The notes under the pieces are model-generated. The model saw only the letters and a program-made list of their open reading frames with translations, did not search any database and had not been told where the DNA came from. A stretch of 64,000 bases of DNA, taken from NCBI GenBank assembly GCA_030427205.1, contig JAUHXC010000036.1, positions 16,185 through 80,184 on the forward strand, read 5' to 3'. Position numbers and translations under genes: made by a program. Below are positions 37,825-47,900 of the stretch, piece after piece. Positions within the stretch are counted from its first letter, which is position 1. Each line of letters begins with the position of its first letter. Source of the DNA: a bacterium. GTDB taxonomy: Bacteria; Myxococcota_A; Bradymonadia; UBA7976; UBA1532.

Positions 37825-39710
37825 TGGCGCGCTCTCGGGCCGCTGGCGGCCGCTGGGCGGCCTCTGGGGGCATTCTGCCCGCGCGCCGGCGTCGCTTCGG
37901 CCCGATCCCGGCCCGCTCGACACTGCGCGGGCTGCCGCTGCGCGGGCTGATGCTGAGCGGGCTGATGCTGCTGGGGCTGCTGTTGCCGGCCGTCGCAGCG
38001 GCCGAGGGCACGCTGCGGGTGCGGGCCGACCAGACCGAGATCGAGCTCGGCGAGACCGTCACGCTCAAGATCCGCGCCGGCACCGACAGCGGCGCCCGCG
38101 GGCAGCTCGAGCTGGCGGCGCCGTCGCTGGACGACTGGAATCTGGTCGGCCAGTCGGAGTCGACCCGGGTCGATGGGTTTCGCGGCACCCGGACGACGAC
38201 CATCACCCTGCGGCTGCAGCCCAAGAAGGCCGGCACGCTGCGCATCGACCCCTTCACCCTCGAGCTGCCCACCGGGCCCATCCGCTCGGAAGCGATCAGC
38301 GTCACCGTGCGCGACGGCGGGGTCGCATCGCCCGACGCGCCGGCCACCCCCGGCCAGTCGCCGGCGACGCCCGGTACGCCGCCCTCCGAGGGGCCGCCCG
38401 ACGAGGTGGTCTTCCTGCGCTGGGAGGTCGACCGCGACAGCGTCTGGCTCGGCCAGCAGATCGACGCCCGGCTGTACATCTACGTGCGCGAGGGCATCGG
38501 CATCCGCGACTTCAAGCCGGGGGAGATCGACCTCGCCGGCTTCTGGAACGAGCAGCACCAGCAGAGCCGTCGCGCGCGGGCCCGACGGCTGGTGGTCGGC
38601 GGGCTGCGCTTCGAGCGGCAGGAGGTCGCCCACTACACGCTCTTCCCGCTGCGGGCCGGTGAGCGCGCGCTGCCCGAGGTGGGCGCGGAGATGATCGTGC
38701 GCCAGATGCGGGCCTTCGGCGGGCCGCGCAGCCTGATCAATCGGGTGGCGGCGCCGCTGAAGATCACCGTGCGGCCGCTGCCCGACGGCGCGCCCAAGGG
38801 CTTCGCCGGGCCGGCTGTCGGGCGGGCGCGGCTTTCGGCGGCGGTCGATCAGCGGCGCATCGACGCCAGCCAGGGGGTGCAGCTGACGCTGGTCACCCGC
38901 ATCGACGGGCTCATCCAGAACGTGCCGCCCGTCGAGCTGCCGGCGCTGGCTGACTTCAAGGTCTTCCCGGCGGGGGACGAGGCCCGCACCGAGCGCCGCT
39001 CGGGCAAGACCCGCGGGGTGCGCACCCAGAGCTGGCTGCTGCGGCCCAACCGCGGCGGCCGGCTGAAGATCCCCGCGCTGCAGCTGCCCTATTTCGACCC
39101 GGGGGCCGGGGCCTATCGCACCGCGCGCACCGCGCCGATCACGATCCAGGTGACCGGCGAGCCGGGGGTCGAGCAGGCGGAGGATACGCCGGCGGAGCGC
39201 GGGCCGGCCCTGCGCGACATCCACCCCGAGATCGACCCGCAGGCGACCGCCGAGGCCGAGCTGGGGGCGTGGTTCTGGGCCGCGTTGTTCGGCGCGCCGC
39301 TGCTGTTCTTGCTGGCCTGGGGCGGTGAGCGGCTGCGCGATCGACGGGACGCGACCGCCGGCAGCCGGGCGGCGCGCACCGCGGCCCGCGACGCCCGGCT
39401 GACGCTGGAGCGCATCGGCGAGAAGGGCGGCGAGGCCCGCGCCGGCTACAGCGCCGTCGCCCGGGCGATCATCGACTACCTCGAGACCCGCTTCGCGACG
39501 CCGTTCAACGGGCTCACCCGCGACGCCATGGCCGACGCGCTCACCGCCCGCGGGGCCGGGCGGGAGACGATCGACCGCCTGCTCGAAGAGCTCGACGCCT
39601 GCGACTTCGCCCGCTTCGCGCCGGCGGCCGACGCGGCGAGCGGGCTGGCGACGGCGGCCGGCCGGGCGGCGGACGCCATCGACGCGCTCGAGCGGGAGGT
39701 GAGCCGATGA
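37824..39710 (+). CDS. batD: BatD-like protein
   Basis: Three Ig-like units (PKKAGTLRIDP, LFPLRAGE, PNRGGRLKIPALQLPYFDP), TM helix, CDFARFAP; TGATG overlap. Confidence 0.8.
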   Translation: MARSRAAGGRWAASGGILPARRRRFGPIPARSTLRGLPLRGLMLSGLMLLGLLLPAVAAAEGTLRVRADQTEIELGETVTLKIRAGTDSGARGQLELAAPSLDDWNLVGQSESTRVDGFRGTRTTTITLRLQPKKAGTLRIDPFTLELPTGPIRSEAISVTVRDGGVASPDAPATPGQSPATPGTPPSEGPPDEVVFLRWEVDRDSVWLGQQIDARLYIYVREGIGIRDFKPGEIDLAGFWNEQHQQSRRARARRLVVGGLRFERQEVAHYTLFPLRAGERALPEVGAEMIVRQMRAFGGPRSLINRVAAPLKITVRPLPDGAPKGFAGPAVGRARLSAAVDQRRIDASQGVQLTLVTRIDGLIQNVPPVELPALADFKVFPAGDEARTERRSGKTRGVRTQSWLLRPNRGGRLKIPALQLPYFDPGAGAYRTARTAPITIQVTGEPGVEQAEDTPAERGPALRDIHPEIDPQATAEAELGAWFWAALFGAPLLFLLAWGGERLRDRRDATAGSRAARTAARDARLTLERIGEKGGEARAGYSAVARAIIDYLETRFATPFNGLTRDAMADALTARGAGRETIDRLLEELDACDFARFAPAADAASGLATAAGRAADAIDALEREVSR

Positions 39711-40528
39711 AGGCCCTGCTCGCGAGGTGCCTGCTCGGGCTGCTGATCACGGCGCTGCCCGCCGCGGCGCAGGAGACCGCGGCGCCGGAAGCCGCGGCGC
39801 CGGACGGCGTGGCCGCGGCGGTCTCCGCAGGCAAAGAGGCCTTCTGGAAGGGCGACTTCACCGCCGCCGAGCAGGCCTACGCCCGCGCCGTCGAGCAGGC
39901 GCCCACCGTGCCCGACCTCTGGTACAACCGCGGCACCGCCGCCGCCCGGGCCGAGCGCCCGGGTCCGGCGATGCACGCCTTCGAGCAGGCGCTGCTGCTC
40001 GCGCCGGGGCACGCCGACGCGGCGCACAACCTCGGCGTGGTCCGCCAGCAGGTCGTCGAGGCGGCCCTCGCCGGGCGCGCGTCGGACAAGCGCAGCATCC
40101 TGCCCGGCGAAGACGACGCCGGCACCGGCCTGCTGACCGCGCTCTCGCCGCGCAGCCTGGGCATCCTCTTCGCCATCGGTTGGATCCTGCTCTTCGCCGG
40201 CCTGCACGTGGGCCGGCGCACTCGCACGGCGTCGGTGCGCACCGCCGCCAGCTTCGCCGCGGTCGTCTTCGGCCTCGTCGCGCTCGGCGCCGGCGCGCTG
40301 CTCTACGGGCGGCAGTCGGTGGTCGGCGATCGGCTCTACGGCGTCGTCGCCAACGAGGGCCCGGCCCGCCAGGGCCCGGGCGAGCAGTATCCGGTCGTGG
40401 CCGGCGTCCTGCCCGGGGTCAAGGTGCGCCTCGGCGGCGAAGAGGGCGCCTGGCGCCAGGTCATCCTGCCCGACGGCGGCGGCGCCTGGATGCCCGCCGA
40501 GCAGGTCCTGCCGTTGCTGCGGCCCTGA
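39707..40528 (+). CDS. batE: BatE-like TPR/SH3 membrane protein
   Basis: LWYNRGTA...FEQALLLAPGHADAAHNL, two TM, SH3b-like ARQGPGEQY...GAW. Confidence 0.8.
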   Translation: MKALLARCLLGLLITALPAAAQETAAPEAAAPDGVAAAVSAGKEAFWKGDFTAAEQAYARAVEQAPTVPDLWYNRGTAAARAERPGPAMHAFEQALLLAPGHADAAHNLGVVRQQVVEAALAGRASDKRSILPGEDDAGTGLLTALSPRSLGILFAIGWILLFAGLHVGRRTRTASVRTAASFAAVVFGLVALGAGALLYGRQSVVGDRLYGVVANEGPARQGPGEQYPVVAGVLPGVKVRLGGEEGAWRQVILPDGGGAWMPAEQVLPLLRP

Positions 40529-40650
40529 CCCGAGTCGGCCGAAGCCCCACCTCAGGCGGGGCGTTGCCGCGCCGGGCCATCCTGTGAGATACGGCAGCAC
40601 GGTCGCCGGGCACGCGCGCGCGGGCCGCACCCTACCCGAGAGGTCCACCC

Positions 40651-42396
40651 ATGCACGTCGTCCGTTCTGCCCGTTCACTCGCCCTGGCGCTCATCGTCGC
40701 GTTGGGCGGCGCCTGCGACTCGGGGGACCCCGCCGAGCAGCCCCCGCTCGACATGGCGCCTGCGCCCGATATGTCGCTCGCGCTCGACATGAGCCCCGAC
40801 ATGCCGCCGGCGCCCGACGCGGGTCCCGATATGGCGCCCGCGCCCGACATGAGCCCCGACATGGCGCCCGACCCCCCGCCGGCGCGCTTCGAGCAGCTCG
40901 ACCGCTGCCTCGAAGACGTCATCGCCGGCAGCCCGGCCAGCGGCGCGGCGGTGGTCGTCGTCGAGCGCGGCGCGCTGGCCCACGCCGCGGGCCTCGGGCA
41001 TCGCAACGACCCCGACGCCACCCCCGTCGAGCCGAGCACCCTGTTCCGCTTCGCTTCGATCCTCAAGGGCATGACCGCGCTGGCCCTCTTCACCGAGGTC
41101 GAAGCGGGCAACCTCGACGTGCAGACGCCCGTCGCCGAGCTGCTGCCGGCCCTCGCCGAACACGCCGACCCGCGCTGGCAGACGCTCACCGTGCACCACT
41201 TGCTGACCCATCAGGGCGGCTTCGCCGACTACGGCGGGGTGCAGGCGCCGGGCGAGCCCGACAGCGTGCTCGGCGAGGTGGTCGAGAGCGCCGCGTTCGC
41301 CGAGGCGGCCTACTTCATGGTCGATCCGGGCACCTTCTACAACTACGCCAACCCCAACTACATGCTCGCCGGGCGGGTGCTCGAGGTGCTGACCGGCCAG
41401 AGCTATCGCGAGGCGATGCAGGCGCGGGTCTTCGCGCCGCTGGGTATGCAGCGGGCCATGTTCCGCCCGGTCGACGTCATCGCCGATGGCGACTACGCCC
41501 GCGGCTCGAGCGTGGACCCCGAGTCGGGCAGCGCGGTGCCGGTGCCCGCCGACGCCTATGACAGCGTATGGGGCCGCCCGGCGGGCATGGGCTGGGCCTC
41601 GGCGCTCGACCTCGCCCGCTACGTACAGTTCGTCATCGACGGGGGCCACCTCGGGGATGACCTCGACCCCGAGCCCTGGCTGCCGCCCGTCGGCCCCGAG
41701 ACCTGGCAGGCGTGGCGCGCCGAGCAGATCGAGGCCGAGTCGCACCTCATCCGCTACGGCGCGGCCCACGGCCTGATCATCGGCCAGGGGTTCTACATCG
41801 AGCGGCAGTACCACCCCATCACCACCGTGGGCCACGACGGCAACCTGCAGGGCTATACCAGCGTGATGCTCACCGCGCCCGAGCTGGACCTCGGCGCGCT
41901 GGTGCTGATCAACAGCGACTTCCTCAACGGCCCGTTGCACGGTTGCCTGAATACGCTGCTCACCACGAGCGAAGCCGCGCCCGGACCCGCCGAGCCACCC
42001 GTTCGCTGGCCCGACCCGCAGACCTTGGGCGACTACGTCGGCACCTTCGACGGCGGCCCCTGGCTGGGCACGATCATCATCAGCCTCGACGAGGCGGCCG
42101 GTCTGGTGCTCGACCTGCCCGACGCCGCAGCCGAGGGCATCCCCTTCGAGACGACCGTGCTGCCCTTCGCGCGGGACGTCTTCGTCGTCGACATCTACGA
42201 CTACCAACGCTTCGTCACCGGCATCCGCCTCGCGCCCGACGAGCCGGTGCACTACCTGCGCAGCCGGTATTTCGTCGGCCACCGCGTCGACGAGGCACCC
42301 CAGCAGAAGCGCCGGCGCGCCCTCGATGTCGAGCCGCTGCGCCGCCCCCGCCTGCTCTCCGAGCCCCTGCCGCCGGCCGCCGATCCGCGTCGCTGA
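40651..42396 (+). CDS. Serine hydrolase (beta-lactamase class C-like) lipoprotein
   Basis: Lipobox GGAC; SxxK (FASILK), LLTHQGG, YxN (YAN), GHDG; Asp-Met-Pro linker repeats. Confidence 0.9.
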   Translation: MHVVRSARSLALALIVALGGACDSGDPAEQPPLDMAPAPDMSLALDMSPDMPPAPDAGPDMAPAPDMSPDMAPDPPPARFEQLDRCLEDVIAGSPASGAAVVVVERGALAHAAGLGHRNDPDATPVEPSTLFRFASILKGMTALALFTEVEAGNLDVQTPVAELLPALAEHADPRWQTLTVHHLLTHQGGFADYGGVQAPGEPDSVLGEVVESAAFAEAAYFMVDPGTFYNYANPNYMLAGRVLEVLTGQSYREAMQARVFAPLGMQRAMFRPVDVIADGDYARGSSVDPESGSAVPVPADAYDSVWGRPAGMGWASALDLARYVQFVIDGGHLGDDLDPEPWLPPVGPETWQAWRAEQIEAESHLIRYGAAHGLIIGQGFYIERQYHPITTVGHDGNLQGYTSVMLTAPELDLGALVLINSDFLNGPLHGCLNTLLTTSEAAPGPAEPPVRWPDPQTLGDYVGTFDGGPWLGTIIISLDEAAGLVLDLPDAAAEGIPFETTVLPFARDVFVVDIYDYQRFVTGIRLAPDEPVHYLRSRYFVGHRVDEAPQQKRRRALDVEPLRRPRLLSEPLPPAADPRR

Positions 42397-42489
42397 CGAC
42401 GATCACCGGTCGATCCGCGCTCCCGAATACGCTATTTTTACATTTGGCGATATTTTTCACTCTTGCTGTATAGGGTGAAGGAGCCGGAC

Positions 42490-44949
42490 ATGCGCATCTC
42501 CTCCCTTCGGACTCTCGTGGTCCTGGCCGCGCTCGGCGCGCTGCTCGCGCCCGCGGCGGCGTGGGCCCTGCCCGATCACATCTTGCAGGAGGGCCTGCTG
42601 CTCGACGCGGACGAGCTGCCGCTCGAGGGTCAGCACCGGCTGCGGGTGCGCCTGTACCCGACCGCGGCCGGCGGCGCGCCGATCTTCGAGGAGGTCCACC
42701 CGGCGGTGGTGGTCTTCCAGGGCTACTACGCCATCGCGATCGGCAGCGAGCAGGCGCTGCCACCGGGGCTCTTCGGTCAGCCGGAGCTGTACCTCGGGTT
42801 GTCGATCGACGGCGGGGCCGAGCTGACGCCGCGCACCGCGCTGAGCAAGGTGCCGGCGGCGTTTCATGCCGATGTCGCCGTCGACGCGGTGGGGGACATC
42901 CACCCGACGTCGGTCAGCATCGGCGAGCGGCAGGTGATCGACGGCAACGGCCGCTGGGTGGGTGATCCGACCGGGCTGCGCGGGCCGCAGGGACCGCGGG
43001 GGCCGGCGGGCGCCGAAGGGCCGCAGGGGCCGGAGGGCCCGCGGGGCGCGGCGGGCGGTGACGGCTCGCCGGATACCCCGCAGCAGGTGCGCGACAAGCT
43101 CGTGCAGGCCGACGGGGCCGGCTCGGGGATCGACGCCGACCTCTTCGACGGGCTCAACAGCAACCAGTTCGTGCGCACCGCGGCGCAGGTGCGCGATCTG
43201 CTGCGCACGGTGGACGGGGCCGGCTCGGGGGTGGACGCCGATCGCTTCGACGGGCTCGACAGCAGCCAGTTCGTGCGCACGGCGGCGCAGGTGCGTGATC
43301 TGCTGCGCACGGTGGACGGGGCCGGCTCGGGGGTGGACGCGGATCGGCTCGACGGCGTGGACAGCAGCCAGTTCGTGCGCACCGCCAATCAGGTGCGCGA
43401 CCTGCTGCGTACGGTGGACGGGGCCGGCTCGGGGGTCGACGCCGACCGCCTCGACGGGCTGGACAGCAGCCAGTTCTTGCGCGCGGACGGCAACGTCACC
43501 ATCAACGGCAACCTGACCGTCAACGGCACGATCAGCAGCCCGCAGCCCACGAGCCTGAAGGTCTTCAGCGGCAACAACCCGCCGGCGGCCTGCAACGGCG
43601 GCAACCGCGGCATGCTGTACTACGACACCAACGACGGGGTCTTCATGGGCTGCAACGGCGCGGCGTGGATCCCGCTGAGCGGCGCGGGCCAGGACAGCCT
43701 CGGCCGGGGCAACGTGCAGGTCAGCGGGCACTTCGGCGATACCCGCTCGACGCCCAACGGCTGGAGCAACCTGCCCGGGCGCGACGTGACGTTCAACAAG
43801 CGGCGGGCCGACACCGTGCTGCGGGTGACGTGGCAGGACGTGCTCGGCTACCACATGGTGGGCCACGGCTGGGGCTGCCGCTGGCGCTTGACCATCGACG
43901 GCGCGGTGCACGATCGGGCGGTCAACAGCCACACCAGCACCGCCCGCGGCTGGCGCATCCAGCCGATTCAGCAGGAGTGGATCGTGCAGGGTCTGGGCGC
44001 GGGCAACCACCGCTACCGGATCCAGCTCTATCGGCCCGACAGCAATACTTCGAGCGAGTGCCTGGCCGGCTGGCCCAACGGCGACACCCACAACTTCATC
44101 GCCGTCGAAGAGGTCGAGCCGGGCAACATCGCCGTCGCCCGCCACTTCGGCGATACCCGCTCGTCGCCCGGCGGCTGGGGCGACCTGCCCGGGCGGGCGA
44201 TCACCATCACCAAGGACCGCGACGATACCTACCTGCAGATCAGCTACCAGGACGTGCTGGGCTATCACATGGTGGGCCACAGCTGGGGCTGCCGCTATCG
44301 GCTGACGATGAACGGGCAGGCCGTCGATCGCACGTTCAGCCAGCACACCGGCAGCACCCGCGGCTGGCGCATCGACCCGCGCAACCTGACCTGGGTCATC
44401 GACGGGGTCAACCGCGGGCAATATACCTTCCGCATCCAGAACTACAGACCCAACGCCGGCTCGACCAGCGAGTGCCTGGCGGGTTGGCCCAACGGCGATA
44501 CGGCCAACCACCTCAGCGTGCGCGAGCTCGACCGGGATACGATCTCGATCCGGCGGCATATGTCCGATCGGCGCGATACGCCCAACGGCTGGAGCTATCT
44601 GCCCGAGCGCGACGTCAGCCACGTCAAGCAGGCCGGCGGCACCCGGATCCGGGTCACCTACATGGACACCCTGGGCTATCACATGGTGGGCCACGGCTGG
44701 GGCTGCCGCTGGCGGCTGGTGGTCGACAACAACGCCTACGGGCGGCCGATCAATACCCACACCAGCACCGGCCGTGGCTGGCGCATCGACCCGACCCGGC
44801 TCGAGTGGATCGTGCCCAACCTGGGGGCGGGCAATCACCGCTATCGCATCCAGCTCTATCGCCCGTCGGCTAATACGTCGAGCGAGTGCCTGGCCGGCTG
44901 GCCCAACGGCGAGACCGGCAACTTCTTGATGGTGCAGGAGGTCGACTGA
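42490..44949 (+). CDS. Secreted collagen-like fibre protein with stalk repeats and three CTHRC1-like C-terminal domains
   Basis: Signal peptide; 11 Gly-X-Y triplets; four 34-aa repeats; three ~138-aa terminal repeats; ATG after AAGGAG. Confidence 0.85.
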   Translation: MRISSLRTLVVLAALGALLAPAAAWALPDHILQEGLLLDADELPLEGQHRLRVRLYPTAAGGAPIFEEVHPAVVVFQGYYAIAIGSEQALPPGLFGQPELYLGLSIDGGAELTPRTALSKVPAAFHADVAVDAVGDIHPTSVSIGERQVIDGNGRWVGDPTGLRGPQGPRGPAGAEGPQGPEGPRGAAGGDGSPDTPQQVRDKLVQADGAGSGIDADLFDGLNSNQFVRTAAQVRDLLRTVDGAGSGVDADRFDGLDSSQFVRTAAQVRDLLRTVDGAGSGVDADRLDGVDSSQFVRTANQVRDLLRTVDGAGSGVDADRLDGLDSSQFLRADGNVTINGNLTVNGTISSPQPTSLKVFSGNNPPAACNGGNRGMLYYDTNDGVFMGCNGAAWIPLSGAGQDSLGRGNVQVSGHFGDTRSTPNGWSNLPGRDVTFNKRRADTVLRVTWQDVLGYHMVGHGWGCRWRLTIDGAVHDRAVNSHTSTARGWRIQPIQQEWIVQGLGAGNHRYRIQLYRPDSNTSSECLAGWPNGDTHNFIAVEEVEPGNIAVARHFGDTRSSPGGWGDLPGRAITITKDRDDTYLQISYQDVLGYHMVGHSWGCRYRLTMNGQAVDRTFSQHTGSTRGWRIDPRNLTWVIDGVNRGQYTFRIQNYRPNAGSTSECLAGWPNGDTANHLSVRELDRDTISIRRHMSDRRDTPNGWSYLPERDVSHVKQAGGTRIRVTYMDTLGYHMVGHGWGCRWRLVVDNNAYGRPINTHTSTGRGWRIDPTRLEWIVPNLGAGNHRYRIQLYRPSANTSSECLAGWPNGETGNFLMVQEVD
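43084..43482 (+). repeat. 102-bp tandem repeat x4 (QVRDLLRTVDGAGSGVDADRLDGLDSSQFVRTAA)
   Basis: Units start at 43084, 43186, 43288 and 43390 and are near-identical in DNA. Confidence 0.92.
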
Positions 44950-44950
44950 C

Positions 44951-47900
44951 GTGCAGGCCTCGCGGGGAGGAGGCGCGCTGCTCGTATTGCTGGGCTGCGC
45001 GATGGGCTTTTGGGGCTGTGACGGCGACGGGGGCGACCCGGCCGCCGACATGATGCAGGCGACGGCCGACGGTTCGGGCGGCAGCGGCGGCGCGGGCGGC
45101 ATGATGGCCGAAGACGTCGGCCCCGATATCGACGCCGGCTGTCCGTGCCCCGGGCAGCAGACGTGCGACGCCGCTGGAGCCTGCGTCGAGCCCGAGGTCT
45201 GCGCCGACGACGTCGACTGCCTCGCCGGGCGGCTGTGCCTCGAGGGCGCGTGTCGTCAGGCGTGCCTCGGCGACGGCGAGTGCGGCGACGGCGAGCGCTG
45301 TGATCCCGAGGCGGCGGTCTGCGTGCCCGACATGCGCTGCATGGACGACGGCGACTGCCCCGACGGGGCGTGCGACGACGGCGAGTGCGTCGCCCCCTGC
45401 GTCGACGGTATGTGCCCCGGGCAGCAGACCTGCGATCCGGCCACCGGCGACTGCGTCGAGCCGGCGGTCTGCGCCGAGGACGTCGACTGCCTCGACGGGC
45501 GCATCTGCCTCGACGGGGCCTGCGCGACGCCGTGCGGCGAGGCGGCCGACTGCCCGGGGGCCCAGCAATGCGCGATGGGCCGCTGCGCCGAGCCGGACGT
45601 CTGCACCGCCGACCTGGACTGCGTCGCCGATCGGCTGTGCGTGGCCGACGCCTGCGCCGATCCGTGCGGGCGGGCGGGCTGCCCGGGCGGGCTGGTCTGC
45701 GACGGCGGCAGCGGGCGCTGCGACGAGGCCGACCCCTGCGCCGACGACGGCGGCTGCTTCGCCGGCCGCCGCTGCGCCGAGGGGCTGTGCGTCGACCCGT
45801 GCGTCGAAGACGCCGAGTGCGTCGGGGCCGAGGTCTGCCGCGAGGGCCTGTGCATCATGCCGGTGGACTGCGACTTCGACGCGGCGTGCGGGCCCGGGCG
45901 GGTCTGCGTCGAGGGCGCCTGCCAGGACGGCTGCCCGGCGATGCCCTGCCCCGAGGGCGCGATCTGCGACAACGCGAGCGGGCGCTGCGTGGTGCCCGGC
46001 GGCTGCGTCGAGGCGGCGGATTGCCAGGGGGCGCAGACCTGCGAGGGTGGATTCTGCGTCGAGCCGGCGTTCTGCAACGGCGACGTCGACTGCCTCGAAG
46101 GCCGCGTCTGCCGCGACGGCGCCTGCGTGGGGCTGTGCGAGCGGGACGTCGACTGCGCCGGCAGCCAGCTCTGCGAGGGCGGTCAATGTGTCGAAGGGCC
46201 CCGCTGCGGTGACGATGACGACTGCCTCGGCGGGCGGCGCTGCGCCCCCGATCTGGCGGCGTGTATCGATCCGTGCCCCGACGGGTTCTGCCCGGGCGGC
46301 CTGGCCTGCGTCGACGGCCTCTGCACCGAGCCGCCGGCCTGCAACGACGACGTCGACTGCGCCGGGACCCGCTTCTGCCGGCTGAACGCCTGCTTCTCGG
46401 CGGGCCTCGACGGCCCCTGTGAGGGCCGAGACGCGTGCCCCGAGGCCTGCGTCGACTTCGACTGCGCCGACGCGGTGCCCGGGGCCTGCGATTGCCCCGA
46501 GGGCTGGGGCTGTATCGACGATGGCTGCGTCGCGCCGGGCCCGTGCGGGCGCTGCCCCGACGGCTGGCAGTGCGCCGACGACGGCCGCTGCCTGCGCTGC
46601 GTCGCCGACGGCGACTGCCCCGGCGGCGGGGTGTGCGACCGCGGCGCGTGCGTCGATCCGCCGGCCTGCGAAGACGACGCGGACTGCCTGCCGGGCCATC
46701 GCTGCCCGTTCGGGCGCTGCGAGATCGATTTCGCCGCGTGCCAGGACGATCCGATCGCCGGCGCGGGGCCCGATCTGGCGACGCTGCTGCCGCCGCTGGC
46801 CCTCACCCGGCTGACCGCCTGCGACGGCGTCTCCGACTGGTTCCGGGTGGGCGACGCCGATGACGCGCTGCGGGTGACGGTGCGCTTCGCCGCCGACGTC
46901 GCGCCGCCGCGGGTGCGGCTGTACCCGGTGCTCGATCCGGGTACGCCGCTGGCCGAGGCCGAGCCGCAGCCCGGCGAGGCCCGGGTGTCCGCGGGTCCGG
47001 GCGACTATCTGATCGAAGTCCGGGCGGCGCCCGGCGCGTCGATCGACTATGGCGTCGAGTTCGAGCAGGGCGTCGAGTGCGCCGCCGATCGCTTCGAGCG
47101 CCCGTGGGCCAATGACGACCGCGAGCGGGCGCGCACGGTGCCGCCGGGTGTCATCGCGGGCACGCTGTGCGCCGGCGACGAGGACTGGTTCCGCATCGAC
47201 GTGCCGCGGCGCATGCAGGTCAGCATCGAGGGGGCGACCGCCGAGGTGGACGGCCGGCGGGCCCCGTTGGCCACCGAAGGCCCGCTCACCGTTCGGGTCT
47301 CGGCCCTCGGTCGCGCCGACTACACCCTCAGCGTGCTGCCGGTGGCCGACCCCGAAGCGGCCTGTGAGCAGGCCGGGCCGCTGGCGTTCGGGGTCGACGA
47401 AGACGCCACCGTCGAAGCCGGCGGCGACGACTTCGCGCCCGCTTGCGGGGCGGCGGGCGGCGCCGAGCGGGTCTTTGCGCTCGATGTGCCGCGCGCCGGG
47501 CGACTGACCGCCGATCTGAACGGCGTCGGCGGGGCGCTTTACCTCTATGGTGACTGCGCCGACGCGCCGCTGGCCTGCTCGGCGGCCGCGGGCGGCATCG
47601 ACACCGAGGTCGAGGAGGGCAGCTACCGCCTCGTCGTCGACGGGCCGTTCGAGGGCACCGTGCGCGTCGATCTGGAGGCGGTGTCGATCCTGTGCGACGA
47701 CCCGCCGCCGCTCGAGCCCGGGCAGACCGAGATCCCGCTGCCCGTCGGCCCGGCCGACATCGGCGGGGGCTGCACCGACCCCGAGCTGGGGGCGGTCGTG
47801 CGCCGCATCGAGGTGGCCGAGCCGTCCATCGCCCGCCTCGCGCTGCAGGGCGGCGGCCCCGAGGCGCTGGTCTCGATCCGCGACGACTGCGCGGCGGTCG

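Noticed and set aside
40651..42396. Antibiotic-resistance beta-lactamase
   Set aside because: The motifs fit the broad serine hydrolase family; nothing indicates beta-lactam specificity.
42440..42460. TTGGCG as a sigma54 -24 element
   Set aside because: No TTGC at the correct -12 spacing.
43084..43482. 102-bp repeats as a possible CRISPR array
   Set aside because: In-frame coding repeats with no unique spacers and no cas genes.
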